From Chiloscyllium plagiosum (taxonomy: Eukaryota), in NCBI RefSeq assembly GCF_004010195.1, contig NC_057724.1, forward strand, positions 64,878,293 through 64,936,350: a stretch of DNA of 58,058 nt, in the 5' to 3' direction. Every line of letters starts with the position of its first letter. Position 1 is the stretch's first letter. A program made the translations under genes and the position numbers. Positions 13,682 to 25,592 of this stretch are shown in pieces. The notes beneath the pieces are model-generated. The model made no database searches and was not told where the DNA came from. It saw nothing but the letters and a program-made list of their open reading frames with translations.

Positions 13682-15320
13682 AGAGTCATAGAGATGTACA
13701 GCAAGGAAACAGACCCTTCAGCCCAATTCGTCTATGCCAACAAGATATCCAAAATAAATCTAATCCCATTTTCCAGCATTGGGCCATATTCCTCTAAACC
13801 TTTCCTGTTCATGTACCCATCCAGATGCCTTTTAAATCTTGTAATTGTACCACCCTCCACCATTTCCTCTTTCCTATAGCAGGGAGACCAGAAGTGAATA
13901 CAGTATTCCAAGAGTAGCACACAGAGACTGGCTGCTAAGCTGTTGCTTGTTTAGTAGCTTCATTCGCACCACAATGACCGTAAAGCACACACCCATATTC
14001 TTTTTGCATCACTGACCTGGACAAGTGAAAATATTGAGGCAATATCCGGCATTTGCTCATGGAGACCTATGCAGCTTCTTATCAGTACTGCTACAATCCA
14101 AGGGATACTGTGTGGCAGATCACCCACATTGGTGTGCAGTCAGTCAGGGCTCCCGGAGTCATATGCTTAATAGCACATTATTTCAGTTTCCATCTCCAGG
14201 CAAGTCCTCCCATTGCGATTTTTCAGGATGGGAGAAGGTATCCACATGTCCAGGATTCACAACAACCTGAGACCATAAAACCTGTGGCCCATCGAATCTG
14301 CTCCACTACTCGATGAGATCATAGTTGATCCGAAAATGTCAACGCCACTTTCTTGCCTATCCCCATAATCTTCAATTCCCTTGCTTATTAAAAATCTATT
14401 TGTTTCAGCCTTGCATGTACTTAACAACTCAACCATCTAGGGAAAAAAATTCACCGTCTCACTATCCTCTGACAGAAGAAATTCCTCCTCATCTTTGTCT
14501 CAAGTGGGTGACCCCTTATTCTGAGATTATGTCTTCTGATCCTAGACTCTTCCCCAAAGGGAAATAAGCCACTTTGCATTTACTCTGTTAAGTTCATCAG
14601 ATCTATATTTCAAGAATGTCACCTCTCATTCATCTAACCTTCTATGAGTATGATCCCGACCTACTCAACCTCTCCCCATAAGAAAATCCCTCCGAGCATG
14701 GAATCAGTCGAGTGAACTTTCTCTGGACTGTTCCAGTGTCAGTATATTCTTTCTTTAGATAATGGGGCCAAAATAAGGGGCATTCTAAGTGTGGTCTAAC
14801 TCATATAGTTGTATAGCTTATTGTTGTTTTAGCAAGACCTCCCCATTTTTGTGCTCCATTTCCTTTGAAGTAAAGGCCAATAATCTGTGAGCTTCCACAT
14901 TTCCTTCTGAATTTGGATGCTAGCATTTTTATGTTTCTTGGGCCCAAGGACTGCCAAATCGTTCTGTTCCAGAGTCATAGAGTTATAGAGTCATACAGCA
15001 TAGAAATAAGACCCTTCAGTCCAACCAGTCCATGCCAACTATAATCCCAAACTAAACTAGTTTCACCTGCCTGTGCTTAGCCCATAACCCTCCACCCCAC
15101 AAACATTTCTTATTTATATACTTAACTAAATGCCTTTTTAACATAACTGTATCCGCATCCACCACTTCCTCTGGAAGTTCATTCCACACACAAACCTCTC
15201 ACTGTGTGAAAAAATTATCCCTCGTGTCTTTTTAAATCTTTCTCCTCTCTCCTTAGAATGTATGGCCCCAATTTTGAAATTCCCTGCCCTAGTGAAAAGA
15301 CACCTGCCATTCTATACCCC
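13682..15320 (-). mobile_element. Several CR1-clade 3' fragments with some unique sequence between them
   Basis: TAGAGTCATAGAG tails at 13681 and ~14971; minus-strand peptides FKRHLDGYMNRKG and LEYCIHFWSP. Confidence 0.75.
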
Positions 15321-16709
15321 CAATTTTGGATTCAGAATTGCCAATTGGATACAAAATTAGGGGTATAAATAAGGCAAATGGCAGGTTTCTTTTCGTTGTG
15401 CACTTCTTTGAACTTTTGTACCTTTTCCCAGCATTTCATGCACGAATGTTCCACCTCAAACATCGTCTATGTTGGACCCCTGGAACTCATAAACAACTGA
15501 GTATCCTCAATCCTGTCTTCATTCACTGGATCATCGGGTGTTTCTGGTCTTCCCCTCAAGTTATCTAGCTTCCTACTCATCAAGTAGAATATCTGACAGG
15601 ACTACCAACTTCCTTTCTCTGAAATGTCAAGGGAATACTCAAGGAGCCTCTGCTTGGATTCGGCCTGAAAATCCAATTTTCTGTACCAAAGACCAGTGCC
15701 TGAGCCTCCAGTGATGGTACAGCAGCATCAGCCCCCTTCATGAACTAGTTTTAACTCCTCCACAATCCACTCCATCTTGGCCAGGCACCCCTCAACCTCA
15801 TATACCACGACCTGATGCCTGTGCTGTGGAATCCTACTGACTACTCGAGAAATGTAACATGAGACTTGAACACAAGGATGGCCCAAAGATCATGAAGCAG
15901 AGATTCTTTATTCTACTGGTATCACATTATTGCAAATATGAAGGGAAATTAAGATTAAACAAGGAAGTAATTATAGTATTTACCCAAGATAAAGCCTGAG
16001 GTTCACACAGGGTTGAGGAATCCTTTGTCTGTCCGTTCTATCTTCCTATGAAATTTCTGTCCCTGAATGCCCCCTTTTTTCACAGAGAAGATCCATTCAA
16101 CTGCTCCAGCTGCCTTCTCTCACCATTGCCATCTGCTGGTGGAAGTCCCTGCACACAATTGCTCAAGCTACCCAACTTGGCAGTCTCCCTGATGAAGAGC
16201 TTATGCTCGAAGCATCAATTCTCCTGCTGCTCGGATGCTGCCTGACCAGCTGTGGCTTTCCAGCGCCACACTTTTTGACTCTGATCTCCAGAATCTGCAG
16301 ACCTCTGTATATTTCAATCTGACTCTCCTCTTGTTTCTAAACTCCAGTAAATGCAAGCCCAATCAAATCAATCTCTCCATACATAGTTAGGATCATCCTA
16401 ACTATCAGACTGGTAAATCTTCGCTGGACTCTCCTTGGCAGTCTCCCTCACCATCACATGACTGCTGGAGGTTCCATCATACCACAGGTGAGGGTTAATA
16501 AACAACTAGAACACACCGAGTAATTAATGCACCTTCCATTAATAATAAAATGTCTTAGAAATAGGAGCAGGAGCAGGCCATTCAGCCCTTCAAGCCTACT
16601 CCAACTTTCAATGTGATCATTGCTGATCCTCTACCTGTTGCCATAGTCCCATTTCTCCCATAATCCTAGATGCCTTCATTATTTTAAAAAACATCTCTTC
16701 CTTCAATAT

Positions 16710-17257
16710 GTTGATTGGTGAGGTCATATTTGGAGTAGTGCGTGCAGTTCTGGTTTCCCTACTATAGAATGGGTATTATTAAACTCAAAAAAATGCAGAA
16801 AAGATTCACTAGGGATTTACCTGGACTGGAAAATTTGAGTTATAAGAAAAGTTTGGATATGCTGGGACATTTTCTCTGGGATGTAAGAGACTGAGGATTG
16901 ACTTTGTAGAGGTCTATAAAATCATGAGAGGCACAGTTCAGGTAGATAGCTGACCACTCTTCCCCATGGTAGGAGTAAATAGAGGGCATAGGTTTAAGCT
17001 GAGAGGGGAGAAAAATGAAAGGACCCAGAGGGGTGGTGCATGCCTGGAACAGGCTGCCAGAGGAAGTGGTGGAAACGAGTACAATTTTGTGATTTAAGAA
17101 ATATTTCAATGGGTACATCGATGGGATAGGTATGGAGGGATAGAGAGCAAACAAAGGCAAATGGGACTAATTTAATTGTGAAAACTGGGTGGCAGAGACA
17201 GTTTGGGCCAAAGGGCTTGTTGCTATGATGTACACCTATATAATTCTATGACTCTAT
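16710..17257 (+). mobile_element. CR1-clade 3' fragment nested in an older minus-strand CR1/L2 copy (~16555-18260)
   Basis: HIWSSA/VQFW-like text, AAATCATGAGAGGC, CTATGACTCTAT tail. Confidence 0.75.
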
Positions 17258-17959
17258 ATTCAGTGACTTAGCCTCCATAACTTTTCTCTTGTGATTAAGA
17301 ATTCCACAAATTCAATACTGTCTGAGTGAAGAACTGTTTCCTCATCTCAGTCCTAAATAGCCGACGCCATATCCTGACACTGTGAACTCTGGTTTAGACT
17401 CCCCAACCAGGGAAAACATATAATAAAAACGAGCATGCTGGAAAAACTCAGCAGGTTTGGTAGCATCTATGAAGAGAGAAACAGTTAACTTTTTGAATTC
17501 AATATGACTCTTCTTCAGAATTTCCTGCATTCATCTCTCTTAGAATTTTGTATATTTCAATCTGACTCCCCTCTTGTTTCTAAACTCTCGTAAATGCAAG
17601 CCCAATCAAATCAATCTCTCCATATAGGACTATCCAATCAACCTTACTCTCAGTCTAGTGAAACTTCACTGGACTCTCTTTCTTAGGTGAGGAAATTAAA
17701 ATTGCATACAATACTCCTGATGTGGTCTCACCAAATCCACGATCAACTACAACAAGACATCCCAACGTCTGAACTCCAGTCCGGTTGAAATTAAGGCCAA
17801 CATACCATTTGCATTCCTAAATGTTCGCTGCATCTACCTGTCTACCTTCATTGAATAGTATATAAGAACACCCAGACCCCTTTGTATATCCAATTTCTGA
17901 ATATATCACCTTTTAAATTGTACTCTTCCACTCATTCAACTTGACTAAACCTTGAAATT

Positions 17960-18085
17960 CCTGAAGAAGGGCTTATGCCCAAAACGTCGATTCTCCTGCT
18001 CCTTTGATGCTGCCTGACCTGCTGTGCTTTTCCAGTAACACATTTTCCAGCTCTGATCTCCAGCATCTGCAGTCCTCACTTTCTC
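17960..18085 (+). mobile_element. Short PLE 3'-end insertion starting at a hammerhead motif, with 15-bp TSD
   Basis: CTAAACCTTGAAATT at 17945-17959 and 18086-18100. The insert begins CCTGAAGAAGGGCTTATGCCCAAAACGTC (G12 mutated to A). Confidence 0.8.
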
Positions 18086-18929
18086 CTAAACCTTGAAATT
18101 TCCTTGCACAACTCACAATCCTACCCCCTTTTGTGTCATCAAAAAACATGCAAAATGTTGCATTTTGTTCCTTTTTCCAGGTAAATTATATTGACCGTGA
18201 TTGCTGGGGCCCTAGCAGTGATCCTTGTAAAGAGTCATTTATTCCTACTGTCTATTTCCTGTCTGAGAGGGGACATATTTAGACTGTGAAAGTGCATTAG
18301 CAAGACAAGGAAAATACGTATTATGAATGGGTCCAGGTTCTCTGATGCAGTGTATCAGCTGAGTAACTATCCAATGGGCACTAGGGAACCACAGAATTGA
18401 AACAACAGACTTTCATACCCATTTCCCTTTGAGGTTCAAACATATGGCAGCTGCTGTACAATTTGAAATATTTTCATCAGGCTTTTCAAAATATTTGTAC
18501 ATGTAATTCCCAAATTTATAGTCAAGCAAGATATAAGATTGACAAGGTACACAGTTGGCTGTTACATCTATCATTGAATTTCTTTTGCTTACGAAAACTT
18601 GAAAAAGTGTTCCACCTTTTTCCCTCACTGTTTAAATCAGACTATCCCATTTTACAGTATGGCACTCAGTAAAGAGACACATCAGTTGACCATAGGAACA
18701 GTAGTAAGTGAAAGCAGTGGCATTGCTGATCAAAATTCAACAGTTGACAAACCTACATAATGCAGTGACAGATTGAATAGCTAACAGGCCATATGTTGTC
18801 AATACTGATTTTGTGCAAATATGCTCTTGCAGTTGTCAGAGGATGCATAAGGATGTGACTATTATTTCAATATTAATTCACTTGACAATAATTGAGAATC
18901 TCAGATGTTTCAGACATACATCAGCAGCA

Positions 18930-19790
18930 AACCAGACATTCCAAAGAGCAAGAAAATTTCCCAGGGACAGATCCATGATCCACGGTTAACCAGCAAAGTT
19001 AAAGATAGTGACAAACTAAAAATAAAACATAAATTGTGCAAAAACAGGTGACAGCTCAGAAGATTAGACATAACACAAAAATAGCAAAATAAAGACTAAA
19101 AAATTAATAAGGAGGGGAAAATTAGAATGCAAGGGAAAGCTGGTAAAATCTAAAATAAGAAGATGGCAGATCAATTGAACAGGTATTTTGCATCAGTCTT
19201 CGCAATACAGCATAGAAATAGAAGGGATAGAGTAACTCAGGAAAATTATAAGTGCCTGGATCCTGATGTACTCCATCCTAGGATCTTAAAAGAAACAGCT
19301 AGAGAGATAGCTGATACATTGGTTTTAATTTTCCAAAATTCCCTGGATTTAAGGATTGGAAGATAGTACATATAACTGTTTTATCCAAAAAGGGAATGGA
19401 TAAGAAATGTCAGACGATGTAGGTTAACATAGGTCATAAGGAAAATGCTAGATACCATTGTTAAAGAAAGCAAACAGGCAAAAATCAATATGGTTTTGTA
19501 AAAGACAAATCATGTTTGACCAATCTATTGAGTTTCTTTGAGGAGGTACCACATGCTGTAGATAAAGAGGAACCAGGGGATGCACTGGACTTAGATTTCC
19601 AGAAGCATCTGATAAAATGCGAATCAAAGGTTATTATGGAAAATAAAATCTCTTAGTGTAGGGAGCGACATATTGGCATGAGTAAAAGACTGGCTGGCTA
19701 ACATGGGGTAGAGAGTAGAAATAAATGTGTATTTTTCAGAGTGGCAAGATGGAACAATTGGTATGCCACAGGATTGGTATTGAGGTCGCA
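18930..19790 (+). mobile_element. Decayed CR1/L2-type LINE ORF2
   Basis: MADQLNRYFASVF, PDVLHPRILKETAREIADTLVLIFQNSLD. Confidence 0.8.
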
Positions 19791-19850
19791 ACTGGATGTC
19801 AGTTAACTCACTGAGCTGGAAGGTTCGTTTTCAGATGTTTTGTTACCATA

Positions 19851-21249
19851 CATTTCAAAAATATACTTTATTTATAAAATTATTTTGATATCTATACAAT
19901 TGGTGACGCCATACATCCGTATTCATTGCATTTCTTTACATGCAGAGATCGGTATTAATCATTCGTATATACAAGTCTGTACATCGACTATCCAGATATT
20001 CTGCTAAGGCGTCAGCGGAGCCCAATTTCTGGGTGGGCCTCCTGTTCTTTTTAGGCAGGATGAAGTAACTAAGTAAGACGCGTGTTGCATATCTGTCGAC
20101 TTAGGTGAAATTCAATTCAACGTACATGCATGGTATATAGGAAGCCGTATTAAGCATAAGTGGGCGCCATCTATTGACATGTAACATCTGCTTTTTGTTT
20201 GTAAATCAGGGGAGAGCACGGACACAGTCCCCCACTACCACAAATTTTGCAGTCGAGTATCCCGCATTTGGGGAAATCGCAGGCATCAGCACACCCGAAG
20301 TGCAATGGGATAGCCCCGTCCTGGAAGAACTTTTTTTTAATTTCAAAAATATGCTTTATTCATAATATTATTTTGATATCTATACAATTGGTCATTCCAT
20401 TCTTATGCACACATCGCACTTCTTTACATACAGACATCGGAATTAATCATTCGTATATACAAGTCTGTACATTGACCATCCAGATATTTTGCTCAGGCAT
20501 CAGTGGGGCCCAATTTCTGAGTGGGCCCCCTGTTCTTCTTGGCAGGCAGATGTTACACGGTGGTCTTTCCCCACTACGCCTTGGCAGCAGCTGCCCCAAG
20601 CTTCAGCGCGTCCCTCAACACGTAGTCCTGGACCTTGAAATGTGCCAGTATGCAACACTCAGTCGGGGTCAACTCCTTCAGCTGGAAGATCAACAGGTTT
20701 CGGACAGACCAAAGAGCATCTTTGACCGAGTTGATGATCCTCTAGGCACAGTTGATGTTCGTCTTAGTGTGCGTCCCGGGGAACAGACTGTAGAGCACGG
20801 AGTCTCGCGTCATGGAGCTGCTCGGGATGAACCTCGACAAATACCATGCATTCCTCTCCAGACTTCCTTTGCATAGGCACATTCCAGAAGGAGGTGTGTG
20901 ACAGTCTCATCCCCTCTGCAGCCGCTTCGAGGGCAGTGTGCGGATGGCAGAGAGTCCAGGCGTGCATAAAGGATCTCACAGGCAGAGTCTTTCTCACCAC
21001 CAACCGAGCCATGTCTTGGTGCGTGTTGGAAAGTTCTGGCGATGAGGTATTCTACCTTACTTAGTTACTTCATCCTGCCTAAGAAGAACAGGGGTCCCAC
21101 CCAGAAATTGGGCTCCGCTGACGCCTTAGCAGAATATCTGGATAGTCGATGTACAGTCTGCCCAGGGAACCAGTCAACAGGATCCGCCCTCTCCTTTTCC
21201 CTAAGGGTTTCAAGGACACTACGTGTTGACCACTTCCTGATGGACTTTG
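19851..21249 (-). mobile_element. Composite Tx1 insertion (ORF2 3' part, 3' UTR, partial U1 gene plus flank, second Tx1 3' UTR) inside a PLE fragment
   Basis: GTTACCATA at 19842-19850 and 21250-21258. PLE sequence is contiguous across the two flanks. Tx1 segments are homologous to 113-831. Confidence 0.8.
20207..20330 (-). pseudogene. RNU1: U1 snRNA, nt ~41-164 only (5' 40 nt missing)
   Basis: Minus strand reads GTTCTTCCAGGACGGGGCTATCCCATTGCACTTCGGGTGTGCTGA...GCGATTTCCCCAAATGCGGGATACTCGACTGCAAAATTTGTGGTAGTGGGGGACTGTGTCCGTGCTCTCCCCTG, with the U1A loop ATTGCAC, the Sm site AATTTGTGG and the terminal stem-loop. Confidence 0.93.
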
Positions 21250-23624
21250 GTTACCATATTAGGTAACATCATCAGTGAGCCTCCAATGATGTACTGGTGT
21301 TATGACCTGTGTTTAGGTTTATTTATGTGTTTAGGTTTCCTTGGGGTGGTGATGTCATTTCCTGTTTGCAATTTATATAGATAACGTGGATGAATAGATG
21401 GAAAGTATGAATGCCAACTTTGGTAACAACACAAAGATATGTGGAAATGTAAATTGTGAAGAGCAGATAAGGATACTGCAAAGGGATAACAGATAAGTTC
21501 AACGAGTGGGTAAAGAAGTGGTAAATGGAGTATTTTGTGAGAAATGTGAAATTGTCCATTTTGGCAGGAAGAATTTTTTTTAAAAAAAGCTCATTGTCTG
21601 AATGATGAGAGATTGTAGAGTTCTGAAATGCAGAGGGATTTGGGTGACTTAATTCATCAACTACAAAAAGTTCATATACAGGTATGGCAATTAGGAAACC
21701 TGATAAAACATTATGATTTATTGTGAGGTGAACAGAATACAAGAATAGTAATTTTATGCCTTAATGAGCTATGCGTTTAATGATGTATACCTTTAATGAG
21801 TTTATTTTAAAATAATCTTGTCTTGAATACTGGGAAATGCATTCTGTTTTGAAAAATATAGGTAAAAGTAACAAATTCTATATTTATTTGAATTGATATG
21901 CAATTTTAATTCATCCAAGGATGTGAGCAAGAGGTCAGTTTTTTATGCCGCTCCTTATGCCTTTTGGAAGATGGTAAACTGTTTTCTTGAACCACTGCAG
22001 TCCATGTGGTGGTTGCATCCACAGTGTTGTGTGGAAGAGTTCCAGAATGTCAACCAAACAAGTAAAGGAACGCCAATATATTTTCAAGTCAAGATGGTAT
22101 GCAGTTTGGAGGAGAACTTGCAAGTGGTGGTGTTCCAATGCATCTGCTGTTCTTGTCCTGCTAGATGGTAGAGTTCACAGGTTTTGACAATGATCTTGCA
22201 GAAATCTTGTTAGGTTCCTGCAGTACATCTTTTACATTGTATACACTGTTATCACTCTGCAAGTATGGTTGTGGTGGTCATGGGGTGGGACTGAATGTTG
22301 AGGGAGCTAGAATGGATGCCAGTCAAGCAACCTGTTTGTCCTGGTTAGTCTCAAGCTTCCTCAGGTGGAGAGCATTCCATCACACTGCCAACTTGTGCCT
22401 TGTAGAAGGTGGACAAACTTTGGAGGAGTCAGGAGATGAGGTACCTTGCTGCAGAATTTCCAGACTTTGACTCATTCTTAATGCCACAGTATTTAACTGG
22501 CTGCTCTAGTTACGTTTCTGGTCAATATTGAAAAAGCAGTGCCAAATATTATAGAGTCACGTTTCTGTGCAACAACGAGCTATTATGTTTAAAATATCTG
22601 GTCATAGATGGTAATAGACTCTTTCTAAATAAACATTAACATAAATCATGGGTGATGATGCATCCCAGTTCTTATGGGATCCACCTATCACAGAAGGGAG
22701 CATTTTTTTAAAAAAGAAGTTATTCTTGTTAAGTGGGTGTCATCCCTACAGGTCAGCATTTATTGCCTATCCCTATTGGACTAGTCCAGGTCGGCTAAGA
22801 ATTCTCCTAAAGGACATCAATGAAGCAGATGGGCTTTTATAACAGTCAGGAGTGGTTACGTTGTTGCTGTCGGACTAGTTTATAATTTAAGATCATTTAG
22901 TGAACTCAAATCTCACCATCTACCATGCTGTGATTTGACCCTATATACCCAGAATATTATCTCAGAATTACTAGCCCCATAGCACTGCCACAAGGCCACC
23001 ATCTCTGGCTGCAGGCTTCTATGCTCTGCAATTTTCCAGTTTAGTGATAGTGAATGGGCACAATATTTACTAAATGAATCATTTGTTTCCACAAGGTTGG
23101 TTATTCTCTTTACTTATTCTTTATTTGATTTAATTTCAGACAAGAGTTGAAAATTTGGTGTTAATTTATCTAGCTGACATTTCATATGTTGTGTTCTCTG
23201 TTTGGTGGCAGGATCAGTGGCATCAAGGAGTTCTTAACTATAAATTAATTGCCTATTTAAGTGCCTCACTTGGCACTGGAGCAGGAACATCATTCAAAGC
23301 ATTTTTTGTCTGGAAATGAATCAGAATGCAAGAGGGAAAATGGCAGAGAACTTAATTTTCACCATCTTGCCTGATTAAATGTCCTCCTCACCTCCAAATT
23401 CACCACCAGCTGAAAAGCAAAAAGAAACCCCATCTGAAATCATGATTCATTGGACTGTGCTCAGGTTAAATGTCATGTTTCTCACAACCTCATATCTTTT
23501 ACATCAAGAGTTAAACAGCACGAAATAGACCCTTCTGTCCAACTCAACCATGTTGACCATACATTCTAATCTGACCTAGTCCCATTTGCCTGCATTTGAC
23601 CCATATCCCTCTAAACCCTTCTTG

Positions 23625-24206
23625 AGTTTTAAGATTTGTAGCTCAGGTTGAGGTTCTTGATGTCGGTTTGCTCGCTGAGCTGGAAGGTTCATTTCCAGAC
23701 ATTTCATCACCCTACCAGGTAACATCTTCAGTGGGCCTCAGGCGAAGCACTGTACATGATTCCTGCTTTGTATTTATATGTTTGGGTTTCTTGGGGTTGG
23801 TGATGTCATTTCTGTGGTGATGTCATTTTCTTTTTCTCAGGGGGTGGTAGATGGGGTCTAACTCAATGTGTTTATTGATAAGAGTTCCAGATGGAATGCC
23901 ATGCTTCAAGAAATTCTCATGCGTGTCTCTGTTTGGCTTGACCTAAGATGGATGTGTTGTCCCAGTCGAAATGGTGTCCATCCTTATCTGTATGTGAGGA
24001 TACTAATTAGAGTGGGTCATGTCGTTTTGTAGCTAGTTGGTGTTCATGTATCCAGGTGGGTAGTTTTCTGCTTGTTTGTCCAATGTAGTGTTTGTTACAG
24101 TTCTTGCATGGCATTTTGAAAATGACATTAGTTTTGTTTGTTGTCTGTATAGGGTCTTTCAAGTTCATTAGCTGCTGTTTTAATGTGTTGGTGGGTTTGT
24201 GGGCTA
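23625..24206 (-). mobile_element. Penelope-like element 3' fragment (GIY-YIG endonuclease)
   Basis: NVIFKMPCKNCNKHYIGQTSRKLPTWIHEHQLATKRHD. Hammerhead-like CTGAAGATGTTACC...GATGAAATGTC on the minus strand at ~23695-23732. Confidence 0.88.
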
Positions 24207-24238
24207 AATAATAATTCAAGGAAAAATCTCAGGTAATT

Positions 24239-24343
24239 TTTATTGTGGACAAGGAGTGATGGGAATCAAATGGATAAGAGCCAAATGAAGCAGCGAATCT
24301 TCAGCAAATACACTGACAACATGTGAACTTGATAAATTTTATT
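24239..24343 (-). terminator. Candidate polyadenylation signals of the 947-aa gene
   Basis: AATAAA on the minus strand at 24338-24343 and 24239-24244, 350-450 nt after the stop, in repeat-free AT-rich sequence. Confidence 0.45.
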
Positions 24344-24690
24344 TGTTTAGAAAATTTACAGAAGTACAATGTACACACATTCATATAGAAAAGTGCAAGC
24401 AAGTCAGTGGAAAGCGAGATTAAATATTGAGGCATCTTGATTTTCAAAGTTAATACTGCAAGATTCAGAACCAGCAATGCTAAGGTCATAATTAAACATG
24501 ATTACAAAGTTCAAGAATTGGGTGACAATTTAGGACTTCTGTCCACAAAAGTACATTTGGTTAATTACTTGTCTTCAGTCAAATTGAAGATGTCAGAGCA
24601 ATTTCATATTATGTGAATGCTGGTTAGATTCATGACAAGATCCTTTTAAACTTAAAATGTTTCAAAGGTCAGGCATTTCTGCATAAGGCA

Positions 24691-24815
24691 CTAGATATTG
24701 GATCCTTCTTCTGGAACAGGTACAAGATTCTCTTTCCCCTGCCGAAGAGCAGCATTTTCCTGCTCCAACATTGTGATCTTCTCCTCCAACTCTTTGTTTT
24801 TTCTCCGAAGCTTGG
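24691..24815 (-). CDS. Uncharacterised ~947-aa protein, last coding exon (coiled coil and stop)
   Basis: Acceptor TTTTTGTTGTTTCAG. Phase-1 entry gives AKLRRKNKELEEKITMLEQENAALRQGKENLVPVPEEGSNI*, with a clear heptad pattern. Confidence 0.8.
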
Positions 24816-25537
24816 CTGAAACAACAAAAACAGTTTAGGAATCAGCCTCAAGCCATAGAGATTACACTTCTTTCTCTAAAGATTTTAATACCATAGACTT
24901 GTATTCATCAGGTTGGGAATAGATCCTTATGCATCTACAAATAGATTGTTTTCAAGGGTTAGGCAGTGAATGATTGCCATGTTTAAATTATTGCCTGGAG
25001 AGGCTCTTTTATTGTAGTTTACTTCTAGTTTACTTCAGACAACGCAAACAGGCATTCACCATGACAGAATAAGATGTGTTATTTCTCATCACCAAGTTCC
25101 AGTTCAACACAAACACTGAAATAAACCTGCGAGTTGCCCACGTCACAATACAGATCATGATATCCAAAAAGGGAAAATAGAGTGATTACTTGGATTGCAA
25201 ATGGACCTTCAAGTTCACAAAGTATACTCAGCTATCATTCCAAAACTATCAAACAGGTAAAGATTGTTAGAACTGGGTCTGCTCTTCAATCCTAACCAGA
25301 TTTTTATAGTGTCCCTATCTCTGATCCAGGAGAACTCGGTTCAAGTCCCATCTGCTCCAGAGATGTATCATAGCATATCTGAACAGGTTGATTTGAAAAT
25401 CTCTCCCTTGTCAATCCTAAAAAAGGAAAGGCTTTTCCTATAAAACACAGAGGACTATATACACCCATTTGAAACAATAGCAAAGACTCTTTTACTAAAG
25501 CACTGGAGACATCTCAGATGAATCGATGAACTCTTAC

Positions 25538-25592
25538 CCACTTCAAGTTCCTGCTTGGATCTACATGTGGTTTCCAGACCTGTAGTTTTAAT
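25538..25592 (-). CDS. Uncharacterised ~947-aa protein, 55-nt exon
   Basis: Acceptor CCTTTGTCTTTGCAG, donor GTAAGA; IKTTGLETTCRSKQELEV; phase 0 in, phase 1 out. Confidence 0.78.

Noticed and set aside
20207-20330. Functional U1 snRNA gene
   Set aside because: Lacks the first 40 nt (including ACTTACCTG) and any upstream promoter; Tx1 sequence sits there instead.
20247-20876. 209-aa plus-strand ORF (and the 178-aa ORF at 124-660, minus strand)
   Set aside because: Antisense frames of Tx1 ORF2 and UTR; no independent evidence of coding.
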